The notes beneath the pieces are model-generated. The model did not search any database and was not told the DNA's origin. It was given only the letters and a program-made list of their open reading frames with translations. Both the position numbers and the translations under genes were made by a program. Below, piece after piece: positions 14,661-27,011 of a DNA stretch of 57,519 nt (the stretch's first letter is position 1; the number at the start of each line of letters is the position of its first letter). The stretch spans positions 1 to 57,519 of the forward strand of contig JBNGIO010005227.1 of NCBI GenBank assembly GCA_049999805.1, in the 5' to 3' direction. The DNA comes from Folioceros fuciformis (Eukaryota).

Positions 14661-14866
14661 ATTCTAGTCCAACATGGTTGTTTAGGCACATTGTGTGCGT
14701 TCATCACCAGTGCTAACCAGAATGTGGCATGTGCAATGTCTATCTGGCTTTACTGTCTGATGACGATTCTAGTTCAATATGGTTGTTTAGCACATTGTGT
14801 GCGTTCATCACCAGTGTTAACTAGAATGTGGCATGTGCAATGTCTATCTAGCTGTACTGTCTCATG
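14661..14866. repeat. ~105-bp direct tandem duplication
   Basis: attctagt..atggttgtttag.cacattgtgtgcgttcatcaccagtg..gaatgtggcatgtgcaatgtctatct occurs twice in tandem. Confidence 0.9.
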
Positions 14867-16198
14867 TTCTTGCTCCCTCCAATCTTGGGGGTTTGCATGA
14901 AATGCCTGGTGGACAAGAGTAGATTCAAAACTGAGAGAATCGTGCGGAAGACGCTGGGAAAGAACACTGAGACATTCACCACTTTCATCAAGTCTGAACA
15001 TGACGAGGACGCATGGTTGAATTCAAGGCCGGGGAATTGTGGTCTCAGTCTTGTTTGCATTCAAACTCTCTAGCTTCGAGCTAATAGGAGCCAGATTGTA
15101 TGTTGTTGTGATGGTACTTGGGCGGCTTGGCATAGTCTATTGTTTGACTCATCTTCCGACACCTATTTTGAACAATGGCCACAGTATGACAATCGGATCC
15201 CTTGTGGACCCAACACATTGTTGTGAGTGAAGGAATTCTATTAGGAGCTCCTGCTGGCCTCACTATAGGGAGTGAAGCCCTAGCCAACAAAGTCAAGTGG
15301 CCCCAACTTTGACTCTACTTAGATTGTTCCTCCAATCTTCAGTGTAAATGGCCCCAACTTTGGCCCTGCTCGGGTTGTTTCTCCAATCTTTGGAGTAGAT
15401 GAGACTTTCCATCTCTTTTGCATGAATTTGAAACAACCATTAGGTTTCAAAAGGAGTAGTGAGGTGGTTTCTATGAAACCCAAACCCATATATGTAACCT
15501 ACTGGGCGAAGCAACAAGGACACAAGTGGGGCAAGTTATCCTTGGAGCCCCATAGCTCCAAAAGGTTCATTTACATGTTTCATACCATTTTTGTCTGTGA
15601 CATGCAAACCTGTCCACACATGGCATAATCTTCCAGAAGAGGCCGCCTGATCCAATCCAATATGTGAATACCCAGATGAATGCAGGAGAAGCACATGTCG
15701 GAATCTTCCATGGGACGGAATATAGAAGAAGAAAGGTCAGTGGTGTTTGCTAACACCATAGAGAGAGAAGAAGAAGAAGAAGTGTAAATATCATCGGCGC
15801 AGCCCATATGCTGCATGCTGTTAAGAAGGGCGAGCGCCGAGGGACGAAGGGAAGCCATGAGGAGGGCAGGGCAGGGCAGGGCTACGGCAGCGGAGGCGGT
15901 TAACGGAAGAAACAGAAAACGGGCAGGCCATAATGCGGGGCGTAACAAGTCATTCATGAGGTGGCACGGAACGGGAAGGCAGAGAGGCGTGGTAACGGGG
16001 TCACGGGCTAGTACGGAGTCCGTTAAGCGGCGCGAAGCTGCACGTACAGCGATGTGATGAGAGATGGGGTTGGAGCTGGGCAGGTAGCGTGTCAGCTGAA
16101 GCTCCGGCCCCACACGGTCGTCCCAAACTCCCTCCCCCCGCCTTCCTTATCCCAGTCAGTATGAGGTATTCCTGTCCTTTTGAGTCCCTGTTATATTT

Positions 16199-16598
16199 NN
16201 NNNNNNNNNNNNNNNNNNNNNNNNNNNNNNNNNNNNNNNNNNNNNNNNNNNNNNNNNNNNNNNNNNNNNNNNNNNNNNNNNNNNNNNNNNNNNNNNNNNN
16301 NNNNNNNNNNNNNNNNNNNNNNNNNNNNNNNNNNNNNNNNNNNNNNNNNNNNNNNNNNNNNNNNNNNNNNNNNNNNNNNNNNNNNNNNNNNNNNNNNNNN
16401 NNNNNNNNNNNNNNNNNNNNNNNNNNNNNNNNNNNNNNNNNNNNNNNNNNNNNNNNNNNNNNNNNNNNNNNNNNNNNNNNNNNNNNNNNNNNNNNNNNNN
16501 NNNNNNNNNNNNNNNNNNNNNNNNNNNNNNNNNNNNNNNNNNNNNNNNNNNNNNNNNNNNNNNNNNNNNNNNNNNNNNNNNNNNNNNNNNNNNNNNNN
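16199..16598. other. assembly gap (400 N); other gaps at 1387-1396, 2353-2362 and 27388-27487
   Basis: N runs in the sequence. Confidence 1.
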
Positions 16599-18772
16599 GA
16601 TTGGAGCTTTGGGGAGCCTCACTACGCTGAATGTGGAGGGGAATGCCTTCAATGACTCCATTCCCGCTAACATCAGCGGCTTGCGCAGCCTGGTGGTGTT
16701 TGAGGCTTCCGGGAATGCCTTGTCCGGGATTCTACCCGAGGGGGTCGGGGATTTGACGGAGCTGCAAACCTTGCGCCTGGCGCACAATCTGCTGCTGGGG
16801 TCTCTGCCAGAGGGGCTGGCGGCCTTGGACAGGCTCACGGTTTTGGACTTGTCGGATAACTTCTTGGAGGGTGATTTGCCTGCCGGCTTCCTTGTGTCTG
16901 CTGATGTCACGGACAACTGCTTCGCCAATGGCACCCTGGGGCAGCAGCAGAAGCAGGTTTCCACCTGTGCGGATTTCTACTCGCAACAAGGGCTCCAGTT
17001 CGGGGGAGTTGCATCCAGTTCCAGCAGCCCCGCTTCCGGGCCGTCGGTCGACCAGACTCCCATTCTTACGCAGGGGGTCGCGGGGACCACGAGGGGGAGC
17101 CGTGCTCGCTTCAAGCTCATCGCTGCTGCTCTGCTGGGCGGGGTTGGGGGCCTCTTGCTCGTGCTTCTGGTTGGCTGGCTTGCTCTCTGTGTTCTCACCA
17201 GAGCTGGGAAGGGAGGAGGAGCGGGACGACCTCCCGCCGCTTTCGCCTTTGACTGTTCCAATGTTGCCCAAGCTGCTAGTGCGGCTCCGGCTGCCGCAGA
17301 CCTGGCTCACCGGCTGGGAGAGGCGTTTGCGTACGCCATTTTGGAGGAGGCGACGAGGAAGTTCCATGCTGGGAACCTGATTGTGGCGGGCCGGTCAGGA
17401 GAGCTTTACAGAGGATTGCTGGATGGACACTTAGACGTAGTGGTGAAGCGGATAGAGATGAACAGCGTTAGACGAGGCTCCTTCGCAGCAGAGCTTGATG
17501 TCATGTACAGGACGTCGCACGTCAGAATAGTTTCGTTGCTAGGGCATTGTTTGGATAAGGAGGATGTCAAGTTCTTGGTTTACAGGTACATGCCCAATGG
17601 AGACCTGGCGTCCTCCTTGCACAAGAAGAAGCTCGTCACTTTCAGCCCTGGGGGAGCAGAGGTAGCCAACTCTCTGGATTGGATAACTAGGCTCAAGATT
17701 GCTATCGGTGTGGCAGAGGGGCTCACCTACTTGCACCAGCAGTGCAATCCTCCTCTCGTGCACAGGTGATGTCCATCGAGTTGGTGTTGCTTCCAAAGCT
17801 CTGCTGTCCTGTTGGGATAGGCTAGGCTAGGCTAGGGTGTGTGAATGTGTGAAAACTTGCTCTTCTCACACTGTTGTCCTCCTCTTCTGCTCCTTCAGGG
17901 ATGTTACATCTAACAGCATTTTGCTAGATGACAAGTACGAGGTCAGGATTGGGAGTTTGAGTGAAGTTCGCGTGCAGGATGGAGACCCACACCATCCCAG
18001 TATGATCTCACGTCTTCTTGGACTATCATTGTAAGCTTCCTGTCCTGTCAAGATCCTTCATTGGCTAGCTTATTTAACTTCGTTTCTTCTGCATGGCTGT
18101 AGCTGACTTGTTCCCAACTTTGTCCTCGTGTGCAGTAATTCGGAGCAAGTAGAGCAAGGAGGATTGGTATCAGTACCATCCACCTCACAAGATGTCTACA
18201 ACTTCGGGAAGGTTCTGCTGGAGTTGGTATCTGGACAGATCGGCATCAGCAGCTCCACGGACTCCAGGGCACACGCATGGCTGGAATGGGCTCTCCCTCT
18301 GGTGGACATCCACGACAGGGAGCTGCTTCCCAGGCTCGTAGATCCCACCCTCACGGTGCACGAGGATCTGCTAGAGGAGGTGTGGGCCGTGGCCATCGTG
18401 GCCAAGCTCTGCCTCAACGTCAGGCCAAGCAAGCGACCCAGCATGCGGCACGTCCTCAGAGCCTTAGAGAACCCGCACAAGGTGATCAGGGAGGAAAACT
18501 TCAGGGAAACACTGTCCCTCAGAACATCCTCTCACAGCTCCTGGAACGAGGCCCTCTTCGGCAGCTGGAGGAGCAATTTTTCTTCCCAACGCTTCGGCCC
18601 ACTGACAGGGTCACTGCGGGAGGAGTACTCTTTCAAGAACGGAATTGCGGGATTCCAGCTGGCGACCAACCCGGTCCCGCACTCCAGGCGGGCCTCCAGT
18701 GAGATCGCCCCGGAGCCTCTCAAAGACCGTTTCTACGGATCTCGCCCGGGGCAATCCGAGTTTGTGCACTGA
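16599..18772 (+). CDS. LRR receptor-like kinase, subfamily XIV (At2g16250-like); 5' end lost in the 400-N gap at 16199-16598
   Basis: Plant LRRs (LxxLxLxxNxLxGxLP), a TM helix, and a kinase with VVVKRI, HR|DVTSNSILLDDKYEVRIGSLSEV and DVYNFGKVLLELVSG. Exons: ..17765, 17899-18030, 18136-18772. Confidence 0.9.
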
Positions 18773-19143
18773 GAGCTTCGAGGATGCTTGAAAGGACAGC
18801 ACGCAATGCTTGAAAATTCTTCCCGCCCGGGTTCCCGGAGCTTTGCATCTATATCGTTACATACAGCAGGATGCTACGTACCTGGTCCTGGTCTTTTACG
18901 AGCATTGAAGGCGCACATGAACTGTCCATATGCATGTTGAATGCAGCGTGAACATGAAGCACCTCGCCCCAGTAGGAACCGACGGAGTCATGTGCCGGAA
19001 TGCACCCTCGTGACACATCTGTCCTCCTTTATGGCAACCACGCTTCCCCGAACACGGTTGCTTGACCGAGCGTGTGCCCATCGCGTCTTCTGCATGGCCA
19101 AGTGCTTTGGCTAGGCGAAGACCTCCATAACACCTGGTGTCAG

Positions 19144-20675
19144 ATGGTGGCCATGGAATCTCTCTTGATGGAGGGCCTGCGCCGGGGTCTTGCCGCCCGG
19201 CCGTCTGCCTTCTTCAGGCTCTGCCACTTCCCCTTACCGAAAGCCGCGAGGCCCGTTGGGCAGGGCTGCCAGCTGGGGTCGTGGAATCGGGGCCGGGGTT
19301 TAGTGCAGCAGCGGAGGAAGCTGAGCTCGGGTGCTGCTTCTGCGGCTTTGGAGATTGAGCTGGTGAGGGATCGTGCGTCTGAATTGGGCCGGCTTCTGGA
19401 TTCTGTGGTGTTGCCTTGCCTTGTTCTCTGGCTGAGAGAGATGGAGGGATAAACAGGTGCCGTGCCTGGTGGACAATTACGCGTACATCTTGCATGATGC
19501 CGCGTCAGGTGTGACTGGAGTGGTGGATCCGTCGGCGGCTGGGCCAGTGATCAGGGCGCTGAAACAGAAAGGCTGGAGCTTGTCCTTCATCCTCAACACG
19601 CACCACCACTGGGATCATACAGGAGGGAACGTGGATTTGAAGCGGGAATACGAAGCCAAGGTCAGGCAGGCAGACTTCTGGGTTGAGGTGTTCCGTGCCT
19701 AGGGTCCACGACTGGCTGGCCCTAAGGGTAGCTAGGTTGCGTGCAATTGTGCGCTCCGTAGGTTGTCGGCCCCAAGGCTGATGAGGGACGGATACCGGGT
19801 ATCGACCTAGGGTTACGAGATGGTGAAACATGGAGGTTCGGGACGCAGGAGATGCAAGTGCTGCTCACACCTGGCCATACTCGAGGTGCAATGCCGTCCT
19901 TTGCTGTGCCTCTGAACCCTTTCACTGCACTGACTGGCGCGTTGTTAGGGCGGTACTGAGATGCCTTTGTTCCAGGCCACGTGAGCTTCTACTTTCCGGA
20001 ATCCAGAGCCGTCTTCACAGGCGACACTCTGTTCTCGATCGGATGTGGCAGGTTGTTCGAGGGTTCAGCGGACCAGGTCACTTCGTCTCTCCTTGTTTGT
20101 TTTATCCCAGTCTCCCTTTCTGTACGTTCATGAGTTTCACCACAGACTGCTCTAACCGTGCTTCCTCTGGGTCTCAGATGTGGGCATCCTTGACAAAGAT
20201 TGCCGCACTGCCAGACGATACCCTAATCTACTGTGGCCATGAGTACACTCTGGTGAGTTGCTGTTGTCTGCATTTGCCTTGGGCTTTTGCCTCGTTGGGC
20301 GGATGTGTGTGGTTTCCTTGACCTGTGTGCACGGGTTGAATGAAGCAGTCGAATGCAAAGTTTGCTCTGTCGGTGGAACCACAGAACCGTGCTCTTGCTT
20401 CTCATTTTGAGAAAATAAAGGAACTCCGCAACAACAGCCGCCCCACGGTACGTGTTCTTGGTCAACCTATGCTTCGTGAATTGCAGATGCCTCATCTGCC
20501 ATTGACGTGTTTCTTGTTCCCGACGCAGATACCCACCACTTTGGAAGAGGAGAAATCATTCAATCCTTTTCTGAGACCTTCTAGTGTAGAGTTGCGGAAA
20601 TCCCTGCACCTGCCTGAAACGGCGAGCGATGCTCAAGTGTTCGCAGCTGTCAGGACTGCCAAGGACAAGTACTGA
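19144..20675 (+). CDS. GLX2: hydroxyacylglutathione hydrolase (glyoxalase II) with organellar transit peptide
   Basis: [14 protein letters not shown], the metallo-beta-lactamase motif [36 protein letters not shown] and [16 protein letters not shown], over several GT-AG introns. Confidence 0.95.
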
Positions 20676-20952
20676 GGCTCTCAACTCAACACGCGCCTAT
20701 TGGCTTTTCGCAAGATACGCGGCACGTCGGACTACTGGAAATTTCTAACTTCCGGTGGGGGAAGGCGGAGGAATCCTTCCTTTAAGAAGGGGAAAATAAA
20801 TAATTAGAAAGGAAAATATGGAGATCAGCTCTCCTGGGTCCCATGGAAACTTTTAAGTTTTGGTCGGGAATCGAGTGGCCAGCCGTATGGGGAGAAGTCA
20901 CACCTTTTTAAAGGAAGTGGAGAAAAGAGACCTTGAAGGACGAAGTGTAAGT

Positions 20953-20956
20953 AAAA
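20953..20956 (-). terminator. candidate Pol III terminator (T4) of the tRNA-like gene
   Basis: TTTT on the minus strand, 7 nt after the discriminator base. Confidence 0.4.
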
Positions 20957-20963
20957 TTACATT

Positions 20964-21040
20964 GGGGCGCTGCGAGACTCGAACTCGCGTCCTCTGGACG
21001 ATTCGATTAATCCAGCGTCATACCCCTAGACCAAGCGCCC
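20964..21040 (-). tRNA. tRNA-Pro-like gene with an aberrant 12-nt anticodon loop (no Pro anticodon)
   Basis: The reverse complement folds as GGGCGCT TG GTCT AGGGGTA TGAC G CTGGA TTAATCGAATCG TCCAG AGGAC GCGAG TTCGAGT CTCGC AGCGCCC C. Acceptor, anticodon and T stems pair perfectly. A box TGGTCTAGGGG and B box GAGTTCGAGTC are present. Confidence 0.85.
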
Positions 21041-21395
21041 TCGGCTTTACGATGTGCACATCGTGGGAAATAAATGTTTAAAAAATATTCAATTTTTGGA
21101 CCCAGAGGTGCGAAGAAGAAAGAATTCTCATAGGATTGCCATGAAATGTAGTTCTTTCGAAGAGGTAGAGGACAAGTACCAGAAGCAAACCAAAGACGCA
21201 CATATGACCGCAGAAACGACTCAAATTGAGTTGCTCAGGCAGTCTGGGGTTAACTTGCCCGGATGTGCGGGCAGGGTGCTCTAGGTCGAAACCGAAACCC
21301 TGGAGAGGCTGAACTCTTTGGGAGGCCGCATCGACGGGAAGGAGGAAGGACGGGGTCGGGGCTGACGGGCAGGGAGCTGCCGTCGGAGGGGCGGT

Positions 21396-23610
21396 ATGGC
21401 GTACGATAGCTATGGCGGAGGGCGGGGGGACTATGCAGGCGGCTACGATGACACATACGATGATCGCCCCGAGTTCCGGGATAGCTACCGGGACATTCAG
21501 CAGCAGGATCCTGGATTCGACAGCCCCAACTACGTGCCGGATGTGGTGAAAACCTTTGTGACCTATCTCTACAGGCACATCCGGGAGAAGAATACCTACG
21601 AGATTCATCAGATGTACGAGGGAAGCTTCCAGAAGCTGAGCGAGCGCATGTTCAAGCAGTCGTACTGGCCGTCCGTGGAGGCCATAGCTCCGCTGGTGGA
21701 CAATGACCATGTCTTTTGCCTGCTTTACCGAGAGATGTGGTTCCGCCACGTCTATGCCAGGCTCTCTCCCACCCTGGAGCAGAGATGCGAGTCCTGGGAT
21801 AATTACTGCGGTCTCTTCACTGTCGTGCTGCATGGAAATGTCAATATGCAGCTGCCGAACCAGTGGCTGTGGGATATGGTGGACGAGTTCATCTACCAGT
21901 TCCAGTCCTTTTGTCAGTACCGCGCCAAGCTTAAGAACAAGACCGAGCATGAGCTGCAGCTGTTGAGGCAGTACGAGGAGGTAACGTTTTTGTTGTCGGT
22001 GTTGTGACTTTTTTGTGTTTTTGCGGCATTAGGGTAGTGGTGAGCTCCAAGTCTCAGTCTATGCTTTGTTTCCTGTCCAGGTGTGGAACGTGTACGCAGT
22101 TTTGAACTACTTGCAGGCTTTGATTGACAAGTCCGCGATCCTTCAAGTTTTGGAGGATGAGAAGGACGGCCCTGGCCCTTTCACTATTAACGACGGTTAT
22201 GATTACGAGGGAGTTGGCTCCAATGTGCTGCGGGTTTTGGGGTATTTTAGTATCATTGGCCTTCTACGAGTTCACTGTCTGCTTGGGGATTACCAGAGTG
22301 GTCTTCGCAATCTGGCCCCAATAGATTTGGGTCAGTCTAGCGTGTGGAACAACAACATTGGGTCCCACATTACCACAATTTACTACTACGGGTTTGCCAA
22401 CATGATGCTAAGACGGTGGGGATAAAGTGTTGCGTGTTGCTTGCTGTCGCCCCTGCCTGTGCATGCTTGCTTACAGTCGCTCGATTTTTTGTCTGCAGCT
22501 ACACAGATGCAATCGGGGCTTTCAATCAGATCCTGCTGTACCTGATCAAGACGAAGCAGTTTCACCAACGCTTGTCACAGGCTGATCAGATTCATAAGAA
22601 AAACGAGCAGATGTATGCATTGCTCGCAATCTGCCTTTCCCTTTCGCCTCATGGAAAGCTTGTGGAAGAGAATGTGAACAACCAGCTGAGGGAGAAGTAC
22701 GCTGAGAAGATGTTACGGATGCAGAGAAGTGACGAGACTATTTATGATGAGCTCTTTTCGTATGCTTGTCCCAAGTTCATTACCCCTTCTCCACCCAACT
22801 ATGATGAGCCACTGGTCAATTACAACCAGGTCAGTGACACGTCTTTTAGGCCATTCCTGTTATCCCCGTCGTTCCTCGATTGCCTTTCTCCAATAGAATG
22901 TCTCTTGAGCTGTTTGGTGTGCAGGATGCGTACAGGTTGCAGTTAAAGCTTTTCCTGTCTGAAGTACGGCAGCAGCAACTGCTTCCAAGTATTCGTAACT
23001 ATCTCAAGCTCTACACCACCATCTCCATCGCCAAATTAGCATCTTTTATGGAAATAGACGAGCCCACTCTGAGGTTTGCAATTGCACCCTGCCCTGCATT
23101 ACATTCGACGTGTGGTGTGTGTGCTATGATGTTGACCATATTGGATTTGTACTCGGGGAAAGGCTTGCTAAAGGTAGTCGTTGAGTTGACAGGATGGCAT
23201 TGCTTACCTACAAACATAAAACACACGTTATCGACGAGGATGGCAGTATCTTATCCACTGCGGACGTGGACTTCTATATAGATGAGGTAGGGCTTCATGA
23301 ATTTTGAGTTTCAAAATTCGTTGTCCTTGTTCTTGCGAGTCCAGTTGCCCAGGCTGTAGGTCTTCCGTCTGTTTGCAGGACATGGTCCACATCGCCGATT
23401 TGAAAGTGACGAAGCGTTTTGGTGATATGTTCATTCGGCATATTGCAAAGGTATCCTCTTTCGTGGCTAATGCATGTTGGTACTATGCTTATGAATCCGT
23501 GTGGGGCTTGGTGGACCGTTTACAGACGAGTCCTTTGGCTATCTGTGCAGTGTGAGGAAATAGTAGAAGATTTGGGACGGATTCGGTCATCGGAGGGAGC
23601 AGCATTTTGA
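21396..23610 (+). CDS. eIF3L: eukaryotic translation initiation factor 3 subunit L
   Basis: [89 protein letters not shown]; multi-exon. Confidence 0.96.
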
Positions 23611-23965
23611 TTTGGCGGCAGCCCTACGGAGTCACTTCCTAGAGTTCGATCGGTGTAGGCATGATTTTGTCTCGAGTAATTTTACCCTACATCGTCTTGT
23701 AGTGTTAGGCAGAAATACTGCCCGGGGTTTGTATTCATGTGGATGCAGTAGAGTACACTTTCGGTGGGTGAGATGTGCACTCCATTTCCGTATTGGCAAT
23801 TGGAGTTTTCCCAGTCGCGAACCCCGGATACTTCATGTCTCGTACCTTCGGAACGAGGTTGTTTATGAGCATTCTATTGCGAAATGGTATCCAACCTCCA
23901 CTGCGGCCCATTCTCGCTGCACACTGCTGGGAAAATCGTTCTACAAACCAAAATTCGCCTCGGGC

Positions 23966-24758
23966 TCAGCTGCGCTGGCTTCCTGCAGAAGCCTTGGCTT
24001 GCCTACTCTTTTTCCATGCGTTAAGGTACAGCCAAGTCTGCCACACGCCTCCATTGGCAATGTGTGGAACAGTGCAGCGAGCCCAGAACGGGTAGCCAGG
24101 GCCAGGGAGCTTGAGAAGCAGGAAGACAACCATGCTGATAACCAAGTGCCACGGGACAGTGGCGTCCTGCACTCCACACGCAGGTCAGTACCCAAACCAG
24201 CAGCTGCAGGACAACACTAAGCCAAGGCAACCGCAATACCTTCAGCTCCGCCGAAACTTCCAGTACAGTCTCCTTCACAATGCCGGCCAAAGCGCTACCC
24301 ACCACGAGCCCGACAGGAACGCAAATCTCCTTGCTCTGCGCAAGCGCATAGGTGACCTCGCTCAGCGCGGACACAATCACCACCGGGAGCAGCAGCCATC
24401 CGCAAGATGTCCACAGCAGGTCCAACATCCGCTGCCCCAGCCTGAACACCACCCGCTGCCAGGGGAACGTCTGTACAGCTTCGGGAAACATGCCCGCCAC
24501 ACTCCCAACACTCCCCACACTTCCCACCTGCCGCCTCTCCTGCTTCCTCCCAGTGCCCCTTTTGGCCTGCGCTACAACCCCCAGTCTCCCGGGCCTCCGC
24601 TCCGCCCGCATGGCCAGCACTGAGCTCCAGCTCTTCCGAAGTACACATCCCCCTCCCCGGACCTCACGAAGACTCCCTCTGGAGCACCGCAAAGGCTGTC
24701 GGGGAACTCCGGCAGAGATCGCAGGGCTAGAGTATGCAGTGCTCGCCGCCATCGCCAT
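23966..24758 (-). CDS. plastid-targeted membrane protein (EMB1273-like), two exons
   Basis: Ser/Arg/Ala-rich transit peptide and several TM segments. Exon 1 is 24758-24240; exon 2 is 24166-23966 (DATVPWHLVISMVVFLLLKLPGPGYPFWAR..PHIANGG). The family assignment is from recall. Confidence 0.7.
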
Positions 24759-25005
24759 TTTCCTTGCCGCGCAGAAGGAATCAGGCTACTAATCCGTTAC
24801 CGCCGCACCCTCGATGCTCTAGTCTCCATTCCATCGATTTGGCGATCGTTCCTTCCTGGGATCACCCGCATCAACGCAATCACAACGCGCATAGGAAGGT
24901 TGTTATTTCGATCTAGGGCTTCGAGGCTCTTATTCAGAAGTGTTATTATATTAGCTCGAGGGAGGTCTAGGGGATTTGTGTAAGGCAAAATCTGTTTGTG
25001 CGAAG

Positions 25006-26765
25006 ATGAAGATGCAACCAGGGGAAGAGTATGCGGCCATGGCAGCGCAGGCCCGGAACTATGTGTGGATGGGAGCCATCCCGCTGTATCTGGAGTTACA
25101 CAAGGATGAGGTGGTCACTCTCCCGGCACCTCCTCCATTCATGGTACGTTTTCTAAGCAATGCTTTTGTTTGCCGCCGGTTTGTTGAATCTGCTGTGCTG
25201 ACATTGCTGCCCGGGGTGCAGGTTCTGGCTGCCAGGAACGGATACCTGCCGCTGCTCGCGGACATAATTCGCGAGCATTTTCAAGGCTCGTTGCCTCCAG
25301 GCGCGGAGACCCTGTGGTTTGATTACAACGGGTTGCCTTTGAAGTGGTCAGTAAAGTAAGCCATGGAGGAATTTTTAGCAGCAGGTCGTAGTAGCTTCAT
25401 GTGTCCTGACTTCTGCATTGATCTTGCAGGCATATTCCAACTGGCGTTCTCTTTGATCTGTTGTGTGTGGAGCCTCAGAGGCCGTGGAGGCTCACGGTAG
25501 TTTTGCTGTCATGAAGGTCTGCCGAATGGAGTTGTTTGGGTTTCATGTTGGAAGAGCTGAGTCTTTGTCCTGGTTAGGTGCACTTCAGAACCTATCCTTC
25601 AGATGTGCTCACGCCCTGTGATGGGGAAGAATCTGTCAAGTGGAATTTCATGAACGGGCTCAAAGAGGTGTGCAACCAGCTCTTGAAGTCTGAGCTTTTG
25701 ATTTTTCTGTAGCATTATTTGGTGACGAAGGCGGTCTCCATGCAGGCATCCTACATCATGTTTGGGAACACCAAAAGTGTCATGAACCTGCCTCAGGCAG
25801 AGCAGGTGGAGCTCTGGCGGTGTGTGGTAAGAGGTCGGTCGAAGATTTGTGTTTCATGTCATGCAAACTATGTCCCAATTTCATTTTCCATTACCCCTCA
25901 GCTATGGTCTGACGCATGGTGCAGATGGCAGGTGATGGAGAAGGTTATGATCGCATTTCTACTCGCCTGAGATCAATTGCACGTCCGTCAACCCGTGGAT
26001 CTGATGCGTCTGGTACACCAAAGGCGGGTAGGCGATTCGAGCATTCAGTTCTTTCTGTTTCCCATGATCTAGACCATTTAAGCTGACTCCAACAATGGCT
26101 GCTCTCAGTGTCGGCATCTGTGTCAAATCCTTCGAAGACTCCACTGCGACTGTACATCAGGGTCCTGCAAGAAGAGAGTGGAGACTACTTCGATGTGCCG
26201 CCTATTACAAGCTGGGACGATGTGGCATACGCGACAAAGCCCATCGAGATTCCGAAAACCGACGGTACCCTTCCACTCCCTGTCTCTGAAGTTACTCGAA
26301 GTGCATTACACAAATGTGAAGCAAAATATTTCTTGGTTTGCAGGACAGGTTTTCAGTCTCAGAGACGCGCTCATGAAAGTTGTACCACATCTTTTCTCCA
26401 AGCCAACCGCACAGGACGCAGAATCGAGCGACCTTTCAGACGCACAAGAATCCATGTGCAGACTGGACCTCGGCGAGGGCGTGACTGATGCAGCGGACGA
26501 ACCGGGGGAGGGCGAGTTTTCGCACACCCCTGGAGGCGGGCCAGAAGATTCCGCCCAGGAAGGTGAAGCAGCTGCCGTGGCAGACAGCTCACAGTGCGAC
26601 ACGGCTGCTGCATGCGCGGCAAGTCGCTTCAACGGCATAGTTAGAATACAAGGCATTGAACCTGACCTGGATCTACCTCTGGACTGGACACTTCGGAACC
26701 TGTCGGGGCCGGAACAATTTGTTCATGTGATCATCTTTACTTGGCTGAGCCGGCAGAACGTGTAG
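25006..26765 (+). CDS. ATG5: autophagy protein 5
   Basis: VWMGAIPL, RNGYLPLL, WFDYNGLPLKW|HIPTGVLFDLL, PWRLT|VHFR, FMNGLKE|ASYIMFG and C-terminal VRIQGIEPDLDLPLDW...FVHV. Confidence 0.95.
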
Positions 26766-27011
26766 TCTCTAAGAACTGCCCAGGACTTTATTTTAATTGT
26801 ACAGATTCTACTTATTTTTTTAAATCAGCGAAGGAACGAAATGTCCGATGCAGTTGTGACTTGATGTCCATGGAACGGGAGGTGGTAGGGAGCGGGGCAG
26901 CGTGATGAGCCTCAGAGCAGCCTGGCCGGAATGGTGCCGGGACGTGCCTCTGGCTTGTGAACGCGCGAGCTATCAGAAGCAAGGCAGGGCGGAAACGGCT
27001 ACAGGGCCGCC

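Noticed and set aside
16089-16964. ORFs spanning the N run
   Set aside because: Artefacts of translating through the 400-N gap; the true RLK start cannot be determined.
21078-21950. 290-aa minus-strand ORF
   Set aside because: Antisense shadow of the GC3-rich eIF3L exon 1.
23612-24220. 202-aa plus-strand ORF after eIF3L
   Set aside because: Starts at TTG, covers the eIF3L 3' UTR and the antisense of the neighbouring gene, and has no recognisable domain.
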